From NCBI RefSeq assembly GCF_018977255.1, contig NW_024704743.1, positions 19,904,001 to 19,968,000 of the forward strand: a stretch of 64,000 bases of DNA, written 5' to 3'. A program made the position numbers and the translations under genes. Of the stretch, positions 39,405-52,720 are shown piece after piece. The notes beneath the pieces are model-generated. The model saw only the letters and a list, made by a program, of their open reading frames with translations. It had not been told where the DNA came from and made no database searches. Position 1 is the first letter of the stretch, and the number at the start of each line of letters is the position of its first letter. Source of the stretch: Callorhinchus milii. Taxonomy: Eukaryota.

Positions 39405-39590
39405 AATCATTATAGATGATCAGGGGAAGCTAGATAGATACATGAGGGAGAAAGGGATAGAAGGTTATGCTTGAAGGCTTTTTTGAGGAAGGGCAGGAGG
39501 AGGCTCATGTGGAGCATAAACACCGGCATAGACCAGTTGGGCCGAATGGCCTGTTTCTGTGCTGTATATTCTAATGTATTCTAATGTATC
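39405..39590 (+). mobile_element. CR1 3'UTR fragment
   Basis: gggaagctagatagatacatgagggagaaagggatagaagg...gggccgaatggcctgtttctgtgctgta(tattctaatg)2. Confidence 0.85.
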
Positions 39591-39752
39591 ACACACCAAC
39601 ACATATCCACACCGATGTATGTGATCATTAACACTGCGACATCTTTGCTCAGTTGGTAGCACACTGAATTTAGTTACATTGAATGTGATTTTATTTTCAA
39701 CAAAAGACATCGAGGTCCAGAACCCACAACCTTCTGACTCAAAGGCAGAACA

Positions 39753-40080
39753 GCAACAACAACAACAACAAGATTACATTTGTATAGCGGCTTTCACGTC
39801 GGGAGGACGTCCCAAGCCGCTGGACAGAGTACAGCATTTCAGACCCGAGCTGGGGTCGGGGGAGTGGGGGGAAGGGAAGGGGGGTGGCCGATGGCATGGT
39901 CAAAGAGAAAGGTCTTGAGGCGGGACTTGAAGGAGGTTAAGGAGGGGGCGAGGCAGAGTGACTCGGGGATGGAATTCCAGAAGTTAGGGGCAGAGTGGCT
40001 GAAGGCTCTCCCACCAATGGTGGGGCAGGTGGGTCGGGGGACGTGGAGCAGGCCAGAGCCGGCTGAGCGGAGGGAATTGG
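39753..40080 (-). mobile_element. Young L2 3' fragment
   Basis: (CAA)n-gattacatttgtatagcggctttcacgtcgggaggacgtcccaag tail followed by LWNS-type ORF2 end. Confidence 0.88.
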
Positions 40081-40779
40081 CACATTATCAAGACATCAAT
40101 GATATTTTGTCTCCAATCAGTTAACTGAAAAAACAATCAATCAATAGGAAAATACCACAAAACCAAAAGCTCAATCTTAGTGGCTCGAAAGTAGCCACAC
40201 AGTTAATGTTGGAATCAAAGCTGTTGTCTACTTGGCTCTTACATGCTTCTTAACTCTCCATCTTGTTAAACTTTACACGACCTGTTACCTATACATTGCA
40301 TCAATCATTTAAAGAAGTAGTGTTCCTGTACTATAACATATACGTGTGGTGTTGCCACATTACACACCATATTCTGCCCCTGTGTCTGGCACTCCATTCC
40401 AGAGTCCCTCAAACTCGCTCCCTCCCATCGTTCAAGTCATGTTTCACAATGTACCTCTCTGAGCACACTTTGGGTGATCTTTCCCTTCCCTACCATCCAC
40501 CTCCAACTCAGGGGCCCAGGAGGATACCATTCATCTTATCAAACCTATTCCACCATTTCATTAGATTTTGGCAGGTTTTTAATACCAATATCTTGCCATT
40601 TTGCCATTATCCCTTAAAACATCTAGTATACAACTATTTGCTAATCTCTATTTTAAATGTCCCTATTGATTCCACCTCTAGAGCTTTTTGGGCTTTTCAT
40701 GAACTTTTGTGTGAAGAAATATGATCTGACTCTGACCTCATCCCTCAGTTCTAAAATGTCTTGACTCAGATGTTAAGGT

Positions 40780-41410
40780 TGTGCCCTTTTATAATGGATA
40801 TAAGGGAAGAGTCATCCACTATCTAACCTGTCAATTCCTTGTAATATTTTAAATTCCTCAATTAACTCACCCCTTAACCTTTGCTTTAAAGAATATAATC
40901 CCAGTCTACCAGCCTCTCATCGTAGCCAGAAACCTCTTCAGTCCAGACATTAATTTAGGGAACCATCAGTGGACACCCTCCAAGGCTAATACATCTTTCC
41001 TACAATTTGGTGCCCAAAATTGAACTACTCCAAATCGGACCAGAACTCTATATAAACTGGAGCATCTCCCTTTATATTACAAGTGTCTTGTAATAAATGT
41101 CAGCAAACCATTTGCCTTAACGAATACATTCTGCACTTGCAAACTAAGTTTGACCAATTAATGGATTTATACCCCTATATATCTCGGTGCAACAATTTAC
41201 AACCTACTCTCAACCATTATTCTTCCATCCAATGTGCAAAATCTCGCACTTTCAATATTAAACTCTACCTGCCATAGTACTGCCCACTTGCTTAATTGTC
41301 TCTGCATTTTTAACCTGTCTTCTTTACAATTTACACCTTCTAATTTAGAAATAATCTTCTCTATGCACATGTCCAAGTACTAGATGAACCAGGTAAATAG
41401 CTGGGACCCA
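40780..41410 (-). mobile_element. Old CR1 fragment
   Basis: attaactcaccccttaacctt (reverse complement of RLRGELI) and tttggtgcccaaaattgaactactccaa (reverse complement of an LExVQFWAP-like motif). Confidence 0.7.
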
Positions 41411-41739
41411 CTTCTAGAACACGCAGTCAACAGTCTGCTTTGAGAATATAACTGCAAAGTATTATAATGGGTATTGGACAATGTTTGACTGTTTTGGAGT
41501 CATGTTGCACCCAGAAGTTTGCAATAAATAACCAGAATTGTATCTGTTTTCATTGTGCTCCTCCCTGGCTCAGTGGTTAAATGTACCATATTGTTATATG
41601 ATTTATGAGACCCTGAGAGCTGCCAACACCTATACAACTAAAGACAAAGTGCGAGCTTGTAACAACAAACAGTTCTATTTATATAACCCTATTCATACAG
41701 GTCTAAAGGCAGGAGGAGACAAGCCAGAGAGATGGCCCT

Positions 41740-42610
41740 CACAGTACTGAGATTTTGCTGGTCAAAGTCACAAATGACATTGTCACCATCTGTGACCAGG
41801 ACTCTCTCTGTCTCTTTGCTCTCTGCTGCCTTTGATACCATTGGCCAGTCTTCTCCGCCATCTCTCCTCCCTGCTCCACCACCTGTTCTGTCCTTTCAAT
41901 ATGAACATAGGAATTAGGAGCAGGAGTAGGCCATTCGCCCCTCGAGCCTGCCCCGCCATTCAATAAGATCATGACTGATCTTCTAACCTAACTCCATCTG
42001 CTTGCCTTATCCCAATATCCCTTATCTTTTTATTTCCTACCTCAGCAACTTTATATCGTCACTTTCAATGCCTTCTCCTCCCACTCCCACAGGCCACTTG
42101 CAACATTCCTCAGAGCTCCATCCTCAGTCCTCTTCTTCTCACCATCTATACACTCCTTGGTGATACCATCTGTAGACATGGGTCCATTTTCACATGTATG
42201 CAGATGACATCCAACTCTACCTCTCTGCTTCTAACCTTAATTCCAGGCTACTGATGTTCCGACTGACTGATTACACAAAACCCTGGAATGAGCTCCAGCT
42301 TCCTCCACCTAAACCATTGCAAGATAGAGACTCTTCTGCTTGGCTCCCATCAGTACCTTCTTATCTCAGACCAGGACAGCATCAACCTGCATGTATGCTC
42401 ATTTCATCTCGTGGAGCCAGTGTGCACCCTTGGTATCCTGTTCGACACTCAACTGACCCCAAGTTGCTGAGACCCTTATTTATGCCTTCATCACGTCCAT
42501 GTTAGACTATTAAAACATCCTGCTTGCCAGACTCCGCAGCTGCTCTGACCTCATCCCTCTGCAGCAAAACTCTGCAGCTTGTGACCTCTCCTACACCAGG
42601 TTCTACGGAG
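41740..42610 (+). mobile_element. L2 RT fragment with a nested CR1 3' end (~41900-42030, minus strand)
   Basis: LLSAAFDTI and MYADDIQLYLS motifs; the insert gaacataggaattaggagcaggagtaggccattcgcccctcgagcctg is a reverse-complemented CR1 tail. Confidence 0.8.
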
Positions 42611-45600
42611 GCACCACACTTTTGGATAAGAAGTTAAACAAAGGTTTTGCCTGCCTGGTCAGATGAGCATTAAACATCTCATAGCACCTTTCAAAAAGCG
42701 AAGGGAGTTTTTTGCTGGTATTCTGACCCAAATAAAAATGGTCATTCGCTTCATGACTGTTTGTGGGACATTGCTATGTGGAAATTATCTGCCACATATG
42801 CCTACAGTATGCCTACTGTATATTATTGCATATCCTGTGACACGCTTTGAGACTCTCTCCAGATGTGAAAGGCACTATGTCAAATGCGAGTATTATTATT
42901 AAAATGTAAAAGGATATTTGCATAGCTATTACTGGAATGGTCTGCTTCTAATTACACTTTATTAGTGAAGAAATCTATTCATAAAGAAAAATTGGTGGTG
43001 ATGGCAATTGTGTAAAAATGCGGAAGATGTTCCGATATGTTTAGCTATTCTCAAAGGTTAAACATCGTTTCTACTTTTACTAGAGAACTGCAACCATCTG
43101 ACTTTACATTGCAAACAGTTTAGCAACATCAGTTAGAAGACTGACATGCACTATATACTCCTCTTTGCAGTTACTAGGGAATAAACAGAGAAAACCAAGC
43201 AGATGGAAATGCAGGAAGGAAGGAAATGGAAATAAGTTGCGAGTTACTTGACATGACTAGGAGTGAAGCCGAAAGTAAAGCAAGACCTGCCAGGAGTGAA
43301 CGAATTGATGAGAGCAGTGAAGCTCAAGTGAGAAGGAATCCAACAAGCTTAAAGACAATTGTCACTAAACAGACTTCAAGGAGGCCATGTCACAAAGTAA
43401 AGGAGGAGCTATCAAATTAAAACGGCCAGAAACGGAGAGAGAACAGATGAAGAAGAAACTGATATGACGCATACGCATCCGATTTTAAAATAGAATTTTC
43501 TTCTCTCCCAAACAACAGATTATTTAAAGTGTTTGCTGTATGGAAATGCACGCAATAGCTGAGTTGTAACACTGCCAGCTTCGCTACAAGAATACAAGAT
43601 CAGCTCTGCTCATCACAACATGAATTGAAGGCGGAGGCCATTCTGTCAGCTGGGAGTCTTTCAGCTCAACATCAAGGCTGGATTTCAGTCAATGCATTTC
43701 TCCTCACCAACAACACATTTATATAGCACTCTTCACACGTGGTAGCGTCTCAGGGACTGAAACTGAACAACAGGAGTGCACCAAAATGGTCCTATTTTGA
43801 TCACGCTTATAGTCACAGCCCCGCCAGGCTCCGCCACCGTGAAGCACTCTGAGGCGCTACCCTGGGTGAAGAGCGCTATATAAATGCAAGTTGCTAGAAC
43901 AAAAAAAATCTGAATCATTTCATTCAATGACAAAGAGATAAATGTAGCAGCAATTTGTTACTAAATATTATCCATTTTACCATGTCCAACAAACAGGCCA
44001 GATTTGTACAGTACAACTGTACAACTCCTTTAAGATGTTGATGTGAAATTAGTGATACGGATGGTCGATGCCATAATATAAATTTCACCATGTTTCTGTA
44101 TAGTGAGATCAAAGGCATGGAGGAAATTAAACAAATCTGCACCATCATGTTACATCAACTATATGACATATAATAACTTAAAGCACTGCAGTCAAATAAA
44201 ACTGTTCCAGCCACCTTATGTACTGCATTATGGTGTCGTGGCAACCAGCACAAAATGCTAAATGGAGGGTGGAGGGTAGAGGAAGGAAGGAAAGAGAATA
44301 TGACGCAGTACCATTAGAACTCAACACATTCTGCTAGTGTCCATTTATGAAACACACAGTCACTATATTTTACAGTAAATCCTTTGAAGCGCTTTGGGAC
44401 GTCCTCTCAACGGGAAGGGGGTGAGGATTATTATAGGATTATTATTATTCTGTTCTGCAACAGGATAGTGCATTTATCCCACTTCCCAGTTAAACCTTGC
44501 TCAGGTAAATTATTGCCATTTCATTCTCTGCGATGACTGCACCTGAATTCCAAATTTCAAGCTTAGCTGTTAGGGCACGAGATGCACAGTTCCACAGCAT
44601 ATTCTATTAAAGAAGCATCAATGTAGTGAAATAACTAATTTTGTGAATCTGCCTTCACCAATCTCCTCATTTAAAACAAAAAATCCTTTGTGTTTTTCCT
44701 TATTATTTAGAACCAACATGTGATGCTCTTGTGAGAATTTAGCAGCATTTTCAACAGGGTGGGAGAAACAATCTGTTCCCAGACACCAAACCTGATCTCC
44801 AATCTCCCACATCAACATTCACAAGGGACCATTTTTACACCCATGGCTTCACTACACTTTTGAGCAAACTCTGTGAAGCATTTTGAAACATGCATAATAA
44901 CATACATTATACATAAAATCCCCAGGAACGGAGGACAGCAAGTAACATCAGGCAGGAAGAATTTCTATGATGTCTAATTGTCCTCCCACTTAATACTGTA
45001 ACACATTTAAAATGACCCAATGGCACTCTTTACTGAAATCTTGCTGCTTGTGAATGCAGAAAACGTGGAACTATTTTTAAACGATTTTAAATGGTGTGCC
45101 AAACATGGTGTCCCATAACATTTCACAAACACGTAACAGAGGAATATCTGCTTGCCAAGAAATGCTACCAGCTGGACTATTGTTGAATCCTGATGCTCTT
45201 GTCAACTGCCAATATAGCATTAGCTTTCAGGTAATCAGGGAAAGACTGCAAAGGCATCAAATTCATGTATTATTCAAAAAAAATTCTTGGGGGAGGCAGA
45301 CTGAAAAATATCAGACATATTATACAGAATCTACAGCACTGAAACAGGCCAACTACTCGGTGCCAGTATTTATATCCCACTTGAGCCTCCACCCATCCAA
45401 ATCCCCACCTTCCAACCAACGCAACTTTATTCCCTTCTCTCTCATATTCCCATCGCATTTCCTTTAAAATTCATTGATGTTTTCTGCTTCAAACACAACT
45501 TGTCATAGGAACCAATTTATGGATTAATTAGAACTATTTATACAGGGTGAACTAGGCTCAGTTGGTTCTGTGTTAGAAAGTTGTGGTTGAAGCCCACGTC

Positions 45601-46300
45601 AACAACAACAACTTGCATTGATATTGCACCTTTCACATTGGGAGCACATCCCAAGGCTTTGAACAGATGATGTCAGGACTTGAACTCATAGCCTAAGGTG
45701 ACAATCCAGTACAATGCTGCATCATCCAACGTGCTGATCTTCAATGAGACAATAAAACAACATTTGTACTTATATAGTATATTTCTTTGTGCAGTTTGCA
45801 AAGCGGAGGGAGTGGGTGGGAATGTGAGATTGGAGGAGACTGCAGAATTGGGGTGGAACAAGTGCATGGAGGGATATGAAGTCAATCCATTGGAAGGGGG
45901 AACAGGGAGATAGTTGAAGATGCGGGTGAATAGTGATAGGCATGAGAAGGTTATGGGCTACGGAGTTATGGATGTGCTCGAACCTGGAGGATGGAGCTAG
46001 GGAAAGTAGTTAAACCAAAGGCCTGTGACACCATTTCAAAAAGAGAAGGAAATTTCCCCTGGTGACCTAACCAACATTCCTTCAGATAAAATGGTCATTC
46101 AGTTTATGGACGATTTTGGGACCTTACAAAACAGCTGCCATGTTTACCAATAGAAAAAATCATAAAATCATAGAAAAAACAGTAATTAATGTGAAGCACT
46201 TGGGAGAAATTTTTACATGACAAGGTGCTGAAAACATGCAATGTAATTTAACCTTGAAAAGAAATTTAACAATTCTTTCTGATATTAAAAAAGGCACATA

Positions 46301-46656
46301 ACATAATCATTGTATTTGATATAATGCTTTATCACGTTGTGACGTCTCAAAGCACTTCACAGAATATATTGTAAAGCAGATTGACTGTGTATTTTTGGAG
46401 TGAAACGCGGCAGCCAATTGTGTACAGCAACGTTCCCACAGTCATGGATTAAGTGACTTTTTTTGGGGGGGGTTTTATTACTCCCGGAAAGCGATCCCCC
46501 CAAGTTAGCTAACAACCACGTTCCTACTTACTTCTAGCCAAACAGAGGTATGTCGATTAAGGAAACTTGTCTATGGTTTCACCCCACCTGGTAATTGAAT
46601 CCAGGTCCTCTCACTTACAAGGTGAGCGCACTAACCACTATGCTGCAGGACTCCAC
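46301..46656 (-). mobile_element. Young SINE, long form, more diverged copy
   Basis: Head (reverse complement gtggagtcctgcagcatagtggttagtgcgc) through to the tail. Confidence 0.85.
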
Positions 46657-47683
46657 TTACAACGGCACAGAACACAGAATTGTTTAGTCCGCTGCTGGCA
46701 CAATACCTGGCCTTTTGAACAATATTGTTCGAGGATGATTTGAATGGAAATTACATAAATAATACGACTATACTGTTAAACAAATTGCTGTGAACTTGCA
46801 CATTCACCTCCTTCTTAACCATCACTATGGTAACAGTTCAGGTGGCTCCAAGCTGTCACATTGGAACTTCCTCCCCACTCTCCTCTGTTGCAAGCATATT
46901 TCACAGTTTACATCAACAAACATCATAAAAATATTTAGTATTACTTCAAGACAAGATAAATAAAATAGATAGCATGTTTGTGTCAAACACTAAGCAATTT
47001 TCAATTTGCTGCACAAACATATATAATCTCATTGGTTGCTTATATTTTTACAAGAGACTCATTTATTGCAATGCACAGATGGTAAACAGTGACTGATATC
47101 CTGCAGGCAATAGCATCTGCAAGCACAGTTGTCCCTTGTGATGGTGTACTATTTCTGTCCTTTTGCAAATATGGGAAGGTACACAATATCAACTAATAGA
47201 TGAGAATCTTAATAGAATTACAAACTTGAATAGTTTTGAAGTTAGTATGTGGAGTAACTAATTCAGCCCTGGGACTTTCTATTGTAGTACTGATTTCTGT
47301 AGAATAGTTCATCTCGTAAAAATATGGCATCAACTGATGATTGCAGAAGCAAGTCAAAAACATTACACATAGTAAATTAAAAATGATACTGTCAACTTGA
47401 CTGACACAGCACAGACAATGTAAATAGAGGTCAAGGACAATAAAGGAAAGAATTATGGATCTTTGTAGACTTTCTGGGCATGAGGAAAGACAGGAAAACT
47501 CAACAGATAAAGAGGTTAGTAGATGGCAAAACACCAGACATTAAATTCGCAAACCTCTAAATGATTTTCCTGCTTTCAATTGACTGAGGAAAAAAAGAAC
47601 ATTTGCCTAAAACACAAACCAGACTCCATAAATAATAGGTAGGAAGTATACATTATGAAAATAGTGTCTAATGTAGTTCACAA

Positions 47684-47862
47684 ATCATAGAATATTACGG
47701 CACAGAAAGAGACCATTCGGCCCATCGTGCCTGTGCCAGCTCTTTGGAAGAGTTTCCCAATCATTCCCACTCCCCCACTCTTTCCCCATTCCCCTGCAAA
47801 TGTTTCATTTTCAAGTACTTATCTAATTCCCTTTTGAAAGTTGTTATTGAATCTGTTTCCAG
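47684..47862 (-). mobile_element. CR1 3' end fragment
   Basis: atcatagaatattacggcacagaaagagaccattcggcccatcgtgcctgtgcc is a reverse-complemented CR1 terminus. Confidence 0.85.
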
Positions 47863-48459
47863 TTATTAAAGGTCGGATACTCCAAGACCTAGTCCAGCAA
47901 CACGACTTGTACATTTTAAAGGAGCGACAGACTGAAATTAGTAATATTTAGACATCTTCACATCTTCATAGATCATAGAATACAACATGGTGCTTTTGCC
48001 GTTCTCTTTAAGAACTATCCATGTAGTCCCACTCCCCTGCCTTTTTATACAGAGAAAACCTATTATGACTAACACCACATTATAGCAAGACACAATGCCA
48101 AAATGGGCACCACAATATCACTTACATGCTGCACATGTGTGTCAGCTTCCCATGCTAACAAAAACTGCCCACTTCTGGGTCATGAGGCTGCTGCCAACAT
48201 CACTTCCTACACGAATGCACTCGACATGCATGTGCTTCATGCATGTATCTTGCATATACAGCATGTTAAAAAGTGGCGTAGGCAGCACTTTAAGGACTCA
48301 AAGGATTTTTTTCATTTCTCCCCCCAACCCCCCAAATCAGCTTACTATTCTTTGTGTGCACCTCTCCCCCACCCCCCTACCACCCATTCCAAGTAATTGG
48401 TTGATCTCCAAACTCTCCTGCTCAGTTCGCTTCTCCAACTCTCTTATAATCTGTAGCCT

Positions 48460-48771
48460 GGAGTCCTGTAGCTCATCGATTAGAGCACTTGCTTTGCAAG
48501 CGAGAGACCTGGGTTTGATTCCCAGCAGAGCAAAACCTTGGGCAAGTTTCCTTACTCCATACGCCTGATAATAATCCTTCAAGAAAATAAACAATAATAA
48601 ATCGGTCACTTCAATCCACGACTGTTTGTGGGACACTGATGTGCGCAACCGGCTACCACATTTCGCCCACAAATATACAGTCAATTCACTTTACAGTATA
48701 TTCTGTGAAGCGCTTTGAGAACGTCTAGAAGATGTGAAAAGTGCTATATCAAATACAAGGATTATTATTAT
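48460..48771 (+). mobile_element. Young SINE, short form, full length
   Basis: ggagtcctgtagctc head through to (ATT)n tail. Confidence 0.9.
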
Positions 48772-50475
48772 AACCATTTTCCTCTCCTACTTCTTCTCCC
48801 GTTATTAATTTTCAAATGAAAACACAAAATTGAACCTTATATACTACACTCATACAAACTATGTTAGATATACTTATTGTGACATCAGTCTTAAAATATC
48901 TCTCAACAGTGACCGTCTCTCCAAAAATGATCTAATGTTAAATAAATGATTCACAATTAGTGCCAACATCGGATGTTCTAGACTGTTCTACTTTATTTCC
49001 ACACTTCACACAGTACTGCACTGTTCGGTTACTGTTTAGTCATCATATGAGTGTTATCGATACTTTGAATTTCAAGAAACCCGATGACTGCAGCAGGGTT
49101 GAATATAACATCATATTGCAATTATTATTTAAAATTACAGTGTGATATAATGAATTGCAGAACTTGTATATGAACCATCTGTTAGTACATTCAAGTCACA
49201 CAAAAGGCATTATACATTTTAAAAAATAATCATGTTATTTGTCATATTCATGAATAATTACTGAATTACCCAATGGGCTGAGTAATTTAATTAGACCTAC
49301 ATGAACAGTGAGATCCTGCACCTGTGCTGTCTGACCCCATTTTCGTCACAGTACAAGGTGAAAACACATTTTCTATAGCAAAATTTGCACCTTTTGAAGA
49401 TTTTTGCATTCAATCAAATGCACTTGCTCTTACTTTTTGCATCTCATTTCATTTGCCTAATTGAGTTGCATTATACTTGCAAATGTTGTTAACTTAATCC
49501 TTCATTTGTGCTTGCTTGTCCTCCCATTATTTTGATTTTCCCTGTTTGATTTTCACCAATTTTTTTATTAATGAAATGCAATGTTTCAAAAACCACATAG
49601 CAACAAAAACACAGCGACCAATAGTCTATTGATCTGTTGAACCTACCCACACAACTTTTCACAAGATTCTTTCAACACATCTCATCATCTGATAACCTCA
49701 ATTACTTAGTTCTGTTTTGGAGTGTTTTTGCTCTGCTTAAGACTAGTAATTTGTTCTACACGCTTGTAACTGTTTTACTTTTTAATAAAATCTCCTGCAC
49801 TTCCGATTAACTTTTGTTGGCCTTACATTGAAGTTACTTTGTCTTTACATTTTCTACACATTGCAGAAGAAAAACAACTCATTATTTGAAATTTCTAAAC
49901 CCTTCAGAAAAAAGCCTCTTTTGGGTCCCCACTTTACATTAGTTTTCCCAGAGAGATAAGTACTTGGGTGGCCAATTGTTGCTTCCATAGCAGCAACTTT
50001 TTGTAAAAATAAAAATCCTGTCTTTAATGTCCCAAATGCCCCTTTTGAGTCTAGCCTATTTTCCTTCTCAGAGAGAGAGCGAGAGAGATTAGTAGAGGCT
50101 AGCCTCAAAAAAGGTTGGGATTCCTGGATAATAACCAATAGAAACAGTCTGTCTCAGTTCACAAATTGCACCAGAATGCCAACCCTCTTTTGAGCCTAGA
50201 CTCTACTGTAATCTCTCTCAGGGATAGAAGAGTGAGAACAAGAGCAGCAGATGCTACGCTCAAAAGGGGAATTTGGGACCCTGCAAATAGCCAATAGAAA
50301 CACAGCGAAAAAGAAATAATCTGTTCCTTTTGGCTATTGCCTAGGAATCCAAGCCCCCTTTGAGGTTAGCCTCTGCTTCTATCTTTCTCACTGAGTTTCC
50401 AACATTCTCTCTTTTGCTCTATAATAGTCTCTATCTCTTTTTCTTCTTAAGAGAGTATGACTGTCCACCAGGAAT

Positions 50476-51187
50476 ACAACAACAACAACAACAAATTACA
50501 TTTGTATAACGCCTTTCACGTCGAGAGGACGCCCCAAGACAAGCCAGGGATTTGGACCTGAGCACAGGGTTGGGATCTGGGGGCAGGTGGAGGGCAGGGA
50601 GAGTAGGGGTAGGAGGTGGCAGAAGGCAGGGTCGAAGAGGAGGGTCTTGAGCTGTGTCTTGAAGGAGGCAAGGGAGGTAGCGAGGTGAAAGGACTGTGTG
50701 GGATGGAGTTCCAAAGGGAACAGGGAGGCTGAAGGACCGACCGCCGATGGTTGAGTGGGCCGGGCAATGTTGCGGAGGTGGGGGAAGGCAGAGCAGGTCA
50801 TGGCATGGATGTGGGACAGAAAGGACAGTTGAGGGTCAAACAAGTTGGAGGCAGAGAGATAGAGTTGGGTGTCATCTGCATACATATGGAAGTTGACCCC
50901 ATGTCTGCGGATGATGTCACCAAGGGGGAGTATACACATGCTGAAGAGGAGGGAACCAGAGCACTGAGGAACACCGGACAAGACAGTGCGGGGGCTGGAA
51001 GAGAAGCCGTTTTTTGCAGGCAAAGTTGAGACAGTGTGAAAGGTAGAATTTGAACCAGTCAAGGAGAGAACTGTGAAGGTTGAGGTGAGAGACGAGGCAG
51101 TGGAGGATAGATCAAGGAGGATGAGGAGACAGAGGGTGCCCTTGTCACAGGTGGACAAAATGTCATGTGTCACTTTGACCAAGGATG
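50476..51187 (-). mobile_element. Internally deleted young L2 (RT motifs plus tail); source of ORF 50496-51182
   Basis: [24 protein letters not shown]; (AAC)n tail; sequence jumps relative to the 23.4, 25.5 and 52 kb copies. Confidence 0.9.
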
Positions 51188-51651
51188 TTAGTCACTCAAT
51201 CCACGACTATTTGTGGGATACCACAGTGCTTTGCCCACAAAAATACAATCAATTCACTTTACAGTATATTCTGTGAAGCGCTTTGAGACATCTAGACGAT
51301 ATGATAAGGCGCAATATCAAGTGCATGGATTATTAATTATTATTATGCGGTTTTAGCTGGTTGACTCCAGCAGTATCCCAACACACTCTCTCGGTTCCCC
51401 AAGCTTTGGCTTTTGACAACCTACACCTAATACTTTCCAGAATTAAGTAAACAGGATGCATCCCTTCAGGGACAAAATGAGCATTCCATTCCAACATCTC
51501 AGGAATTTCCTTGTACAGATGGGATGTATGAAATTCTCAGTTTGGTTTGAACACACTTAAGATTTGGTGCTGGGTTTCTGCATGTTTCAGACACCTGGCT
51601 GACCAACACAAATTCTCCTCGGAAACCTGCATTGTACAATACAATCCAAAT

Positions 51652-52720
51652 ACAACAACAAAATTACATTTGTATAGCGCCTTTCATGTCAGGAGGACGT
51701 TCCAAGGCGCTGGACAGACAAAGTTAAGGACCCGAGCTGAGGATCAGGGTGGGGGAGGAGGGAGGGCAGGAGGGGAAGCAGGGAGATCGAAAGCACGGTC
51801 AAAGAGGAGAGTCTTGAGTTGGGTCTTGAAGATGGCGATGGAAGGGGCGAGATAATAATAATAAAATAATAATCCTTGCATTTGATATCGCGCTTTTCAC
51901 ATCGGGAGGACATCCCAAAGCGCTTCACAGAACACACTGTAAAGTGAATTGACTGTATATTTGTGGGCGAACGCGGCAGCCAATTGCACACAGCAATGTC
52001 CCACAAACAGTCGTAGATTGAAAATGACCAATTTATTATTGTTTTTGGTTTTGGAGGGATTATTATTAGGCGTGTGGAGTAAGGAAACTTGCCCAAGGTT
52101 TCGCCCTGCCTGGAATTGAACTCAGGTCTCTCGCTTGCAAAGCGAGTGCTCTAACCACTGAGCTACAGGACTCCACAAGATGGAGGGACAGTGTGATGGA
52201 GTTCCAGAGGGTGGGCGAGAGTGGAGGAAGGCCCACCGGTCGATAGTGGGGCAAGCAATTGGGGGACATGAAGCAGGCTGGAGCCCGCTGAACGAAGGGA
52301 ACGATCAGGGTGGTAAGGGGTTAGGAGGTTGGAGAGGTAGGGGGGAGCAAGACCATGGAGGGCTTTGAAGGGGAGGACCAGGGTCTTGAACTGTATCTTC
52401 TATGTGATGGGAAGCCAGTGGAGTTTGGCGAGGATGGGGGTGATTGGGTGGCGGAGCCTAGTGCGGGAGAGGACACGGGCTGTGGAGTTCTGGATGATCT
52501 GCAGGCTGTGGGAGGAGTTGGGGAGGCCGACAAGCAGTGACTTTGCATAGTTGAGCCTCGATGTAATGAAGACGTGTATGAGGGTTTTGGTGGCCTGCAG
52601 TGTGAGGCAGTGGAGGAGCCGGGAAATGTTGCAGAGGTGGGGGAAGGCAGAGCGGGTCATGGCGCAGATGTGGGGTAGAAAGGATAGTTGAAGGTCAAAC
52701 AAGACCCCAAGGTTCCCCAA
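51652..52720 (-). mobile_element. Young L2 3' fragment interrupted by a SINE (51852-52176)
   Basis: Tail at 51652; ORF 52400-52750 NLGVLFDLQLSF...IQNSTARVLSRTRLRHPITPILAKLHWLP. Confidence 0.9.
51852..52176 (-). mobile_element. Young SINE, short form, full length, nested in L2
   Basis: Near-identical to the reverse complement of 32252-32570. Confidence 0.92.

Noticed and set aside
45071..45080. MEF2-like CTATTTTTAA (another near 62474) and TGACGCA motifs at ~38123, 43464, 44301
   Set aside because: Short motifs expected by chance in 64 kb of AT-rich DNA; no clustering or conservation evidence available.
50030..50392. CRISPR-like array
   Set aside because: Units alternate in orientation, are diverged, lack regular unique spacers, and lie in a vertebrate intron with no cas genes.
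50496..51182. 228-aa ORF as a host gene
   Set aside because: Patchwork of L2 ORF2 segments from an internally deleted copy.
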